Shown: piece after piece, positions 1-12,100 of the stretch
Numbering within the stretch: the stretch's first letter is position 1
Layout: each line of letters begins with the position of its first letter
NCBI GenBank assembly: GCA_012295275.1
Contig: CM022665.1
Location: 37,076,001 to 37,140,000 of the forward strand
Direction: 5' to 3'
DNA: 64,000 nucleotides
From: Chrysomallon squamiferum
Lineage: Eukaryota; Animalia; Mollusca
Notes under the pieces: model-generated
The model's database searches: none
Seen by the model: only the letters and a program-made list of their open reading frames with translations
Told to the model about the DNA's origin: nothing
Made by a program: the position numbers and the translations under genes

Positions 1-875
1 TTATTATCTCAACACATAGGATGTTTGTTTTATTCTGTCAAGATGAATATTACAGTGTAATATATTATATAATATTGAGATCTTTCATTTATAAGTTACA
101 AAATTTATAAATTTTTAAGATCATATGAAATAAGCATGTAAAATATTTTCTTTTGAAAGACACCTTTAAAATTTAATTTTATTGGTATTCAGAATTTATT
201 TATTTAGTAGTTATCTCATCATTTTTGAAATAACAATAACAATAACAATAATACTATTAATAATTAAATAAAAATAAAACATTCTGCCATATCTTCTAAG
301 TGCATGGTCAGAAAAATAATGTTTATGGTCAGGATTTTCCCCATTCTGATGTTAGTATTAAACAACACTGTGCTGTGTATTCCACTAAACTCCAGCAAAC
401 ATAGCTAAAAGGTACGTATGCATTTATGCCCCTTTCCCTAAAAAAAAAAAAAAAAAAATTGTGAGTTTAGAGTGAAAACAATATATAAACTGTGAATTTC
501 CATCCAGTCGCGTTGTCAGTCAAGATCTATTTGTAGTTTTAAGGATTTTTCAGTCACATTATTGGTAAAGGTCCATTAAACCATCAAAGATTGTATTTAT
601 ATTTATTTTCAAATACTTTGTTTTCTTATAATTATATTAAGACATTACAAAATTATATTGAAAAAAAAAAAAAAAAAAAAAAAAAAAACCAAGGTAAATA
701 ATTTAAATAATTTGCAAAAACACATTTTCATGTAAAGAACAATATTTATTTTTGAATTTATACATTTTAATACAAAATGCAAATGTTAAACATAATTAAA
801 TTTATTGTCTTTATAAATATACATTTTCTAACCCTGAATTTGACTTAATATCTTAATAAAGTGCAGCTGCAAATA

Positions 876-1072
876 CAGTGGTACCTTGACTTACAAGTTT
901 AATAAATTCCGTGACCGAGCTTGTAACTGAAATTTGCTTGTATATCAAATCAATTTTCCCAAATAAAATTAATTGAAATACCATTAATCCATTCCAGCCC
1001 CCCAAAACACCCCAATGTTAACAAACATTTTTAAATAAGATAAATGTATGTATAACTGACAAATATTGTATA

Positions 1073-1103
<31 letters not shown>

Positions 1104-1654
1104 TGTAAAGAAATAAATTGGTTTTGTAAAGTGTACAGGGTTAGGGTTTCTCCATCTTTTCATGGACAGAGGTTTGCAGCTTAGAAATTATTTTAACGCC
1201 TTAGGCTGGAGTTACAGCCTTTATCGACTCCTTCTGCTTCAGTATGGTACTTGTAGTAAAATTACTACACTCGTACTGCCTGGCCATGTTGACTACATGC
1301 ACACCTTGCTCATGTTTTTCTATGAATTCATGCTTTAATTCAATGGACATCATCCGCTTCTTCTTCTCAGCACTGCCCTTTGCATTCACTTTCTTAGGAT
1401 CCACAGAAATTTGCCAAAATAGTGCACAAATCGTGAGCATAACACAAAAGTGATGGTTCCACAGTGAGGTAACCATGTGAAACAAATGAGTGAGATGCAG
1501 GATGCTGGGCGGATGTTGTGTTGTTCGTTGCACCAAATAGCTCATAACTCAGATTTTGGCTCACAACTCAAAGCAAAAAATTGACCAATGGCTGCTCAAA
1601 ATTTTACCAATAGCTGCTCCTAAGTTGGAGCCCTGGTAACTCAAGGTACCACTG
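876..1654 (-). mobile_element. Internally deleted pogo/Tigger-family (Tc1/mariner superfamily) DNA transposon, 779 bp
   Basis: TIR CAGTGGTACCTTGACTTAC starts at 876 and its reverse complement GTAACTCAAGGTACCACTG ends at 1654. TA flanks both ends (874-875, 1655-1656). The - strand ORF 1201-1545 encodes KKKRMMSIELKHEFIEKHEQGVHVVNMARQY..STILKQKESIK, a Tigger/CENP-B-type N-terminal HTH. No DDE domain remains. Confidence 0.9.
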
Positions 1655-3733
1655 TATTTTATAGCAATTTGTTTCTTTTTGTTAAGTTTTGAAATTATTA
1701 TTAATTTGTATTAATCTGAGTTTGCTCTAAAATTTAATAAATTTGTTCTACATTGGAGATGTCATAATTAAACAAAATGGAACTAGTCAATGTTTTTGGT
1801 CACTGAATTCTTTTCATTATCCATCAGGACATTATTATATTATATTTCAGATTAAACAAGAGAATATATAAATATATATTTATCAATAGATTTATGATTC
1901 ATTTTTATTTAGTTAGGAAAAAAAAAAATATTACAAATTAGTGTCAAGAAAAAGAACATTTATTTAAAACATAAAAAAATGTACTTCTCTGTTGACTGTG
2001 ATACATTTTTTTTGCCAACAGATCTAATGTCACCCCCCATCAGATTAAACTTTTTATTCTGTTCTCACTCTTTAACATGCAATAGCATTTTACTGAAACT
2101 TTTTGTCTGTAATGTATACAGCAAATTTAAAGGATTTACTGAATAATTTTCATGATTTTGGTGTGTAAGGGGATTATTATTATTATTACTGTTGTTGTTG
2201 TAGCTTGTCTGTGACATTCTTAATTAAATGTTTATTTGCAATCATCTGAAAATTCTTAATTGAAGTACTAATTATTAGTCAATATTATTTATAAAAAATT
2301 TAAAAATAAATAAAAAGATTTTAAAAATTCTTACTGAAATTTCAGCATGTTCCTGAATGTTTAGTTGCTATCATTATTATTATCATCTTATTTTTATTTA
2401 TTTATTTTAAAATGGCATCTGTTGGGCATGTTGAGTGCACAGAGTAAATTATTTCTTTACTAATTAAAGGGAACAATTTGTTGTTGTCATTTCTAGACAA
2501 GTTAAAATTCTTTTTAAAATTTTCTTTTTACAAAGGACATAATATCAGAAATATTTAGCTAATTACATAATTTCTAAATTCAGTTTGAAATATGTTTCAG
2601 TAATAAATATTAATATTGTAATCTGGATGATATGTTATAAATTACTGGTATTAATTATTAGCCAAACTTTAGGTCAAGCTATAATCCAAGTTTTGTCATT
2701 GCTGCTGAAGTTTATTATTATCTCTATCAGTTTCCACTATAGCTGATTAACTAATTATTTATCTTTAATTTACTGGTCTTGTGGTATGATTTGATATTCC
2801 ACATTTATTAATCTAACTGAAAACAGTGAAGTTTAAATAAATAAATAAATAACAGACTGAATATTTTCAGGCTGACACATAAGTATATTATTCAAAATGT
2901 GAACAAACAGAAAATTATGTTAATAGTATCTTTAATATCCATGCTGTAAGTATGAATTATTATTAACGTTCTCTTTACTTTCTAATTTTATTTTAATGCA
3001 TAGTGATGCAAATGAATTATGTTAGCTGAATATTTTCTTTTACTACCAAATTCTTACAAATGATGTTTATACTCAATATTTAATTAGCACCCATTAAAAA
3101 GGAAGACAAATAGTAATAAAAATATATAATATTTTTATTTTATATGTAAATCAACATCAAGTCTTCTTCTCCTGTATTAGTGTATTAGAATATAAAGATA
3201 TTACATAGTGCATATAGATATATTTTGTTTATGTTTAATGTGTGTATCTATGACAATATATGATTTTAAATACATGCAAATATAAATGATGCACATAAAT
3301 ATTTGTTAGTTACTGGGAATAGATCAGTAAACATAAATACATTTTATTTATAGGAGTGCATAAGAGTTAAATAATACAAAAATAATAATAATTGTTATTC
3401 ACCCATTACATTAAAATAAACAAGAAATTTGTTTCAATTAAGTGTTGTCACACTGATTACAATTGGATCATTTGTTAAACAGCAGAGAAAAATAACAGAT
3501 ATCCTTATTATCAATTTAGACTGATTGATGAATATGTGGATCTGGCTAAAAAATATATTAAATAATGTTTAAATTTTTAATAAAGGGTCTTGTAATATAC
3601 TCCATTATGTTTGATAAATATATTTTATTTATCTTAATTACATTAGTATAAAATAGATAAGTGACAAAATCTGTTTCTTCTTTGAAGCCAAAGGTCACCT
3701 GATTTTTGTGAAACATAACTGCTTTTTCAAAAT

Positions 3734-4261
3734 AACAAATATCATGATATAGCATACATATTCAGTTTCATGATTGTATTCATTTCTTGACATGTGATCT
3801 CTGATAAACAACGGAGAATCAATAGACAAGTTTATTGTTTCGAAATGATTGCTGTGTGACTAAACTAAACTTATTCGGGACTTTAAATCATGTACAAGTT
3901 ACAAATTATAAATTTTTCTCAGAGCCTGCCAAATTTCATACATATATTTGAGGCAGCAGGTACTTACTTTTGGTTCCCAAAATGTGAGGTGTTTTCAGCA
4001 ACTGATGTTGCTGTCAATGTGTGAAAAGTTTGATATTTCGTTTATTTTGTTTGATTTAGTAATTATGTCACATGACATTCCTGTTTTAGTTAATATTTTC
4101 TTTCTGATAATGATGTTGATTACGAAGACAGATTTGTATGACTTTTCATATATCTATATAATGTAAGCAAAATGCTTGAAAATGTAAAGGCCTCTACAAT
4201 TTACCAGTCTTGAACAATAATCTTTTTGCATACTGGTTTAATTTCTATGGAGTTTTTGAGA
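3734..4261 (-). repeat. Left arm of an inverted duplication: reverse-complement copy of 5520-6154 (MEIOSIN-like promoter, exon 1 and start of intron 1)
   Basis: The reverse complement aligns block by block with 5520-6154, e.g. TCTCAAAAACTCC, CATTTTCAAGCATTTTGCTTACATT, GACATAATTACTAAAT, TCAGTTGCTGA.AACACCTC.CATTTTGG, CCAAAAGTAAGTAC, TTTAAAGTCCCGAATAA, GATCACATGTCAAGA, ATCATGATATTTGTT. It carries indels and many CpG>TpG/CpA changes. Confidence 0.92.
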
Positions 4262-4807
4262 TGAAGGAAAAAACCAGCAATTTTTATTCAGATTAAAAAT
4301 GTGATCTTCTTTCATATTAATGCTATGAAAGATATCGTGGTGTCATTTTTATATCCTTCGTTTGCTCTTTCTGATGATATATAATTTGATAGGAAAATGA
4401 AATTTTCGAAAATTTTGCCATATATACCTATATAATAAGGACAGCTACATTTTTGGGTGAACAGAATATGGTTTTATCAAAGTCATATACTACTATACCT
4501 TGGGTTAAGGTTTTGCAGGATTTGGAAAATACAAAAACAAAAAAAACAATTAACATACAGAGAAAGTAAATATTTCATGCAGGAAAAAAAAAAAAAAAAA
4601 AAAAAAAACAACAACAACAAAAAACGATTATTATATCACTATCGCTATCCTTACCATGCATGAACTAAACTAAAGAGATGCAAAAATGTAGAAATGAAAC
4701 ACAAAAGGGTGTTGATGCATTCCCCCGTTTAAAAAACAGTACAAACAAACTTTTTAAAATATATTTTGCATACAGTGTTATGTTACGATTATGATACAGT
4801 TACATAC

Positions 4808-4853
4808 CAACACCATTTAAATAAGTAGGTTTGTCTAAGGTATCCCCTTCCAT
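4808..4853 (-). CDS. Possible first coding exon (MEGDTLDKPTYLNGV+G) of an unidentified gene divergent from MEIOSIN
   Basis: ATG at 4853-4851 lies at the edge of a CpG-retaining promoter-like zone. The 46-nt frame is open and ends in a good donor TG|GTATGT at 4807. Sequence 1-4800 is CpG-depleted like a gene body. Downstream exons and product were not identified. Confidence 0.35.
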
Positions 4854-4854
4854 T

Positions 4855-5254
4855 GCGTGATTTTCAACATCAACAACTTCCTGGAGCTAGCTATGTGTTA
4901 AACGTCACAAATTTTGTGGTTCGCATAGTTCAATACATATCGGCTAGTTCCGTAATATTTCGGCACATAACACGATGATGACGATATTTTCCCGTGGAGG
5001 CAAACGTATTCGTAAAGAAGGTGGAGCGGGAAAGTTCAAGAAAATGTTATTATATTTTATATCTTTAAAGTATAATAATTTAGATATAATCTACTTCTGT
5101 ATTATCTATTAATCCAGGAAAATTATCATTATTTAATAAGAAATTATAAATTTAAAAGAAATAATTGTAAAAAAACAAAATCTGTAACGATCCACGCGGT
5201 TCCCGCCATTTCCGACATTTGCCGATGTGTGTGTGTATGTGTTTATATATATAT

Positions 5255-5293
<39 letters not shown>

Positions 5294-5873
5294 CAGTTTC
5301 AATTTATTTCTTTATACAAAGAAATAGAGAAACAGTTTAACTTGCAAATTTTTGTTGGTAGCCAAAATTTTACCAAAATTAAAGAAGACAAATTTCTGTT
5401 AAATCACTATTAAGATTTTTTATCTTTGCAGAGACAATCATCCATGAACCTTAATTAATTAATTAATTAATTAATTGCACTAATTAGCTCAAACGTACCT
5501 TACACCCTAATTATATAATTCTCAAAAACTCCGTATAAATTAAACCAGTATAAGAAAAAGATCATTTATCAAGACTGGTGAATTGTAAATGCCTTGACAT
5601 TTTCAAGCATTTTGCTTACATTTTTTTTTTTTTTTTTTTTTTTAATCAATTAATTAGTAACATTAAATAGCGTTAATTTGCCTTGTGACTTCATTACGTA
5701 GGCATATAAAAATTCATAAAAATCTTACTTGCTAAGAACTGTTTTCGTATTCAATATATTTATTAGAAAGAAAATATTATCTAAAGCTGGAATATTATGC
5801 GACATAATTACTAAATGAAAGAAAATAAACGAAACATCGAACTTTCCAGACATCGAAAGGAACAGCAATCGCT
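4855..5873. promoter_or_regulatory. CpG-retaining, probably bidirectional promoter region upstream of the MEIOSIN-like gene
   Basis: CpG dinucleotides reappear locally in otherwise CpG-poor DNA. There is a YY1-like CGCCATTT at 5204-5211 and ETS-like TTCCG cores. It lies between a - strand ATG exon (4853) and the + strand ATG (5874). Confidence 0.5.
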
Positions 5874-6154
5874 ATGGCCGCGTCAGTTGCTGAGAACACC
5901 TCCCATTTTGGTATCCAAAAGTAAGTACTTGCTTCGCTAAATGTATGTATGAAATTTGGCAGACTATGAGAGAAATTTATAATTTGTAACTCGTATATGA
6001 TTTAAAGTCCCGAATAAACTTTGTTTAGTCACACGACAATCATTTTGAAACGATAAACTTGTCTGTTGATTCTCCGTTATTTATCAAAGATCACATGTCA
6101 AGACATGAATACGAAGATGAAACTGAATATGTTTACTACATCATGATATTTGTT
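5520..6154 (+). repeat. Right arm of the inverted duplication (contains MEIOSIN-like exon 1)
   Basis: Partner of 3734-4261. It retains the CpGs and the ATG that the left arm has lost. Confidence 0.9.
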
Positions 6155-9100
6155 CTGGAAGATATGTAAAAGTAATGACGAAAACGAAACGCGAATTTGA
6201 GAATCTCCTTTAAGGTAAGCGATAACGCGTCAAAAATTCCAGATAATCAATAAAGCGCAGACGGCTATTATCACATACCTAATTTGTGTTGTATTAATTT
6301 CAATATGAAATAATTCATTATAATAAAAAGAAGAGGCATGAAAAATCCAGGAATACAGTCACGCTTTTCTTCATATAGTTGCATGTATGTGTAAATCGCA
6401 ATCCATGCTGATAGTGAAAGGCAGTACTTCTGTTACAGCATAATTAAGGTAATCGAAAATATTGAGAGAACAATGAAGTCAGTACAAAATATTTACAGCA
6501 TAATTAAGTTAATAGAGAATACTGAGAAAAAAATTAAGTCAGTACAAAATATTTTCAGCTAAATAAAGTTATTTGATAATTAAAATTTATACATAAATCC
6601 TCAGACTTAATAATTTGTTACTTTACTTTCAGCCATTTTTTTTTTTTTTTTTTTTTGTTTACATTTCTGTTACCACCAAATAGTTTCCTAATAAATGTAT
6701 GGAATTACTATAGAAAATTTTTTCTTACTGATATTAAGAAACATGTATTTTTCAGTGAAAAAGGCTTCTGTTATACAATGTTTATGAGGAAGATACAATG
6801 ACAGAATCTGCATTTAAGATTTATTTTTAAAGCTTTTTTTTTTTAGCTATTAATGTTAAAAAATACTTCAGAATTTATTTTTAAAACTGATCATGAAATA
6901 ATGACAAACATAATCATGTATTGTATTCGGTAAACTAATGGTGTTATTTTTTATATACATTTTTTTTATGCAAAATTATTTAATTTAATTGTTAATGGTG
7001 TTTCTTATAGAAAATTTGCAAATAACTTTGTCTTCTCCTGCAGAACAAATACCAAAATAAAATAGCTGCAGAAAAACAATGATCTGATGTATTTTCTTTG
7101 TTAAACAGAGATTTCATGCAGTGGAATTTCTTTTGCACAAATGTATGTATACGAACAGAATCAAGCCAGTATTAAGATTACTTAAAAAGTATCTTGGAGA
7201 TGGCTGTTACCTATCAACATATTCTTAATCATTTTTATTTTGTTTTAGAAAAATGGATGCTAAATTTGTTTATCATAATATTGTGACATCTCAGCTGCAA
7301 GAAGAGGAGGGAAATAATGGCGATTTTTTGATTGAGGAGTTGCCATTTTCACGTTTGAAGGACACACAGGCAGATACAATCATAAAAGAAGAAATTCATG
7401 TTATATATCCATCATCTCCATCAAAATCTGAGCAAGCACCAAAGAACAACCCTGTTAATGAACATTTATTAGAGCAATCTTTTAGTGCTAGTTTGGTAAA
7501 TTGTATTTGGCTGGGAAGCCATGATAATTGTCAATTTCATAGCTGGAATATTTATTTAGCAAATTTTTTGTTTATTAATTAACCAAATTATGTGTAAAAC
7601 TATATCAAGTAAAAATTATTTTTGGATACAGTGTGGAACTTGAAGAACCATGGAAAAATAACTTGAATAATGAAAGGCTGCACTGAAAAATGTTAAAACA
7701 TGTTTGACTTACTTTACCATTTCATATTTTTTTCTACTAACATTAAATATTACCCAAATGATAGTAAATGAGCTTCTTTTTGAAAATATTTGACTGATTT
7801 TTTTTCATTCATTAGCTGATAAAAAATAGAAATTTTCTACGAAAATATTCATTGTCTGGATTCATGTTATTGAATAAGTGATATCTTATTTTTAAATCAG
7901 TTCAGGATTTAGGGGAAAAAAATTTAAATTTAAAAATATTAGTAGCATTAAATTAAATACATTTTTTAATTCATTCTTAGACTCGGTTTAATAAAAATGA
8001 ACCCCCATACCAGTTTAATGGAAATATTTCAAAACCAGCAACACCTCCAAGAAGTTATACACGTACAACCAGTCAAGCAAGAAAGGATAGAACTCCAAGA
8101 ACTATGCTGAAATTGATGGAAAGACATAGGGAAAATGAAAGGTACCAAAGAAATTAAAAAATGTATATCAATAGTAATTTTGTTTCTTATTATCAGATAA
8201 AGTTTAAATATTAAGTTAAAAATGTTTAAGGTTAAACAGTTTTTGTTTTATTGAATTATATTTCTAAACCTTTCATTCGGCAGTGTAGATTGTAGTGCTG
8301 TCTTTATTTCATTAGATTAAAGGTTCACAGTTTGCAGTATCTATTTTGAGTAGGCGACTAATGAGTAACAACTTGTGCACTTTCCTTTCTGGAAAAATAT
8401 GCATAAAGATGATGTCATATTAACAATAAAAGTAGTAAGTCACTAAAAGAAACCCAAAGGTTTCAGTCATGTGAAAAATGTTAAAGATGTGTTATTAAAC
8501 AAATTTTTTGTTTTGTTGATTTATTCATTAAAAAAAATTAACCATGTTTTTGTTACGCAATTAATACTTAAAATTTTTGTTATGCTTGGTTTTAGAGTGC
8601 GTCACCATACACTGAATGAAAGTCTTAGAGTGATATGTCATTTAATACCTGGATGTAGTGATGATGGAAGAGAAACTAAGGTTATTTTATTTATTTTTAT
8701 TTTTAAATGCAAATGTATTAATGCTGAATAATAAAAAAATTAAATTAAATTGTTTTGCATTATATGTTTACCTGGGCATTGTTAAGAAACTGAGGATATT
8801 TCTCTATAGCTAAAATAAAAATAACCATAAGTAAAACATTCAAACTGATTGTTCACTATCCGAAACATTTTGATTTTTAATTTTTTAGAATGTTTTATTC
8901 AACATTAAATACTTTATATTGATAATTTCAGCTACACAAACACACAAACACACACACACACACAAAAGTTTCTCTATTTTTTAATAGGTTGTCATGATGC
9001 AAAGAATTATCAGTTATATTGCATATCTGGAGAACAGTATCTCAAGTCTTTGTAATGAACTTGGCATGTACTTTAACTCAGCTGGAACTCCCCTTGTGAA

Positions 9101-12100
9101 CAGACTGAAAAAGAAAGTGGGTAAGTACGGTTCTGTCATTAAATGCTTATGTAATTTAACTAAGCAAATGGTTGATCTGCTATGTCCTTGAGGGTTCTGT
9201 GATGCATATTCTAAATACAAAGATAAATGTAAAATCATGAAATTCACAAATATAGTGTAAAAATCATAATTTGTTTAGCTACTGTTGATATAAATTTGTG
9301 TATAATTTCAAGCAGTAAAACAATATTGTTTAATATAAAGGATTTATTATGTGTAATTTAATTTGAAGATAGATAGGTATATCATAATTATTTTTCAGAA
9401 ACAAAGTCTAAAATGGGCAAAAAGAGAGATGAACAACTAAACGATGTAAGTTATTTAGTATAATTAAGATAATTTATTTTTTAAGTGAAAAAATCACCAG
9501 GTATAATCCAGCTTTTTGTTATTCACATTTATCATCATTTGACTGGTGGGTGTTACACTAGTAACACTTGGCAGATTTTTTGCATACAGATAATGACTCT
9601 TGCTTGTTCTTTTTTGTTTCCCTTTAAATTTTTATTTCAGTTCAGATACACTCATTCTCACCAATATGGTACCAGACGACTTAAACTGTCATCTCCAACT
9701 GTGGATTCTACAACAGATACAGTGCCAATATGGACATCATGCAGCGATTTTGTTAATTCGCAGGACTCCACTGTACCTTCATCAACATATGTGACATTAT
9801 CAAGCAGTAAAAAAAAAAGCTCAACATGGCCAGGGGAAAGCGACTCTGAGGAGGATATCATTTCAAATACAGGTGAGGATTTTTTCACTTTAATTTTTGT
9901 TTTGTTTTACACATTATAATAACAACCATTGTGCTCATTATGCTATTTTCAGGTGATGTTCTTTCAGATGGGGATAATCATTGAGTGTGTGTGAATGTGC
10001 GTCCATACATGCTATAGGCTGCTTTTGCAATGAAATATATTTATAAATTTTCTTGTATCATGTTAAATATTGTTTTTTTTAAAATATTTTATTTTACTGA
10101 TATCATGTCCCCAAAAAATAAAAATAAAATAAAAGTTGAGCCACTATATAATACCTAAACAAATGCTAAATTTTGATTTTGAATGAATGATATGTAAATG
10201 AGAAATGCTTGCTGCATGATCCAGTTTTGTATATTTGATTTTGTTTATTTGTAATTATGTTTTTTACATGATTTAGTAATGTGAATTTTGATTAAATTAT
10301 TTCAGGTGACTATGACCCATTCTTTGATAGTGAGATACAGATATCAACCTCTGACGACTTTGGATTTCAAAATGATTATTTAATTGTAAGTTTAAAATAC
10401 TATTTTATTTAAATGTTTTTATTACTAATTTATATATTAAATAATTTGATTTAATTTAAAGATTAATGTGTTGCACTAATGAAAATAAAATAAAGTTTAA
10501 ATACAGCTTCACTGAAATTTTTTTATTAGGAAATTATATGTCAGATGATGTTTTGACTTTTAATTTCAGTCACCAGACAGAACTGTTTACACTACCAGCA
10601 GTATTCCTGATTTCTCTGATGTAATGCCAGAGCAAGTCTGCATATCTTCTGAAGAAAATCAGTGTTGTGACATTACTATCAAACAAGTGAGTAATCTGTA
10701 AAGAAAGCAGGATGTTCCACAGTTCTTAGTTATTTGTAATGATTTAAATAGTTACAGTGTGAAAAAATTAAATCCAGATTTCAGAAAATTACCTATCCAA
10801 GATTCAGACTACTCGCATATTTGTATTTGTTGTAATATTGTGTTTTTTGTTTTGGTTTTTAAACCAGATGGTTTTGTCAATTTGTTTTGCTTCACAGGAA
10901 GCACCTGGATATGAATATCACCCAAGCTATGACTCTATAGTACCTCACAGTGTTACTTCTGATCAGATTGTTGCCACCAATTTAGTTCATACAGAAACTT
11001 CTCGGCCTTCACCATTGTCAGCATTCAAGAGATATGTTACATTCAGTCCTGGAGAATACAAGACCATATTCCCTGCTTCCTCTGGCCGCAATCCATTGCA
11101 CAACCTCACCAACTGGCCATATGATATAGAGATTGTGCAAAATAACATGGCTTCGGAAATTCCACAGATAAACCAAAAGGCTGTGAATGGGTTCGAGAAA
11201 GGTTTGATTTATGTGCTTTCATTTTTCATTGTAAATATTGTTGAATTTCATTTTGTAATTATGTTATGTAATGATTCCAGAAAAATGTTTTTGTGAAATA
11301 AACTGGAATTTATTGAAATTTAAGAAAGTAACTGCATTTAGATTTAAATTTGTTAGAAATTACTAGGATTTCTCTGCAAATGTGTCACAAATTATGAGGT
11401 TTTTGCTGCATGTAGGTTTAAATGTACTGGAAAATAACAATTATTTCAGTTTTCAGAATAAAAAATTAAGCATCGAAAGATGTTTTTGTACTGTGTAAAA
11501 AGTATTCATCACCTATGTTTTTAAGAGAATGATGGTTTCTCAGGAACCCACGGTGGATCAATAACAAGAAAACAAAAAGCTCATGCTCTTGTGTTAGATA
11601 GGAATTCCATCAAAAAGCATATCATGCCAGCTAATGCGTATGTGTGTTGTTTTTGTGTTTTTTTTAATTATTAAAATCAGCTCTAGAAAAAACAGAAACA
11701 TAAAATACTTTGTTCAAATAATATTTGGACTTTTAATAACTGTATTTATGAATCATTTTATCTATATAATTATACTGCTAAATTATTATAGACTTTTAAA
11801 TTATTAATTATTTTAAGTAAGCTGTACACTCATGTATCTGTCAGTCAGAAATCTTTTTACTGTTTTTAAGGTCAGTAGATACTAAAACCTCTAGCTACAG
11901 TTTTAAGAATATACTTTGCATTATTCAGTAAAGCACACACTGGTGTAATATTCTGACAGCTGAATAATAGTAGTTATTTTAATAAGAAGAATAATAACAA
12001 CAATAACAAAGAATACTTCTATATTTGTCACTGCATGTAACCGTAATCAATTATGGATGCAGCCCAGATGAAAAATTATTGAAAAACTGGATGTTTGTAC

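Noticed and set aside
4428-4498. Possible - strand exon reading GIVVYDFDKTIFCSPKN (HAD-like DxDxT motif), in phase with the 4853-4808 exon
   Set aside because: An in-frame TAG occurs immediately before the only good donor and the acceptor is weak, so it is likely chance.
3734-6154. The inverted arms as TIRs of a single foldback/Pack-MULE transposon
   Set aside because: No target-site duplication at the outer ends, no transposase in the spacer, and one arm contains an in-frame host start exon. Kept only as an alternative pending a copy-number search.
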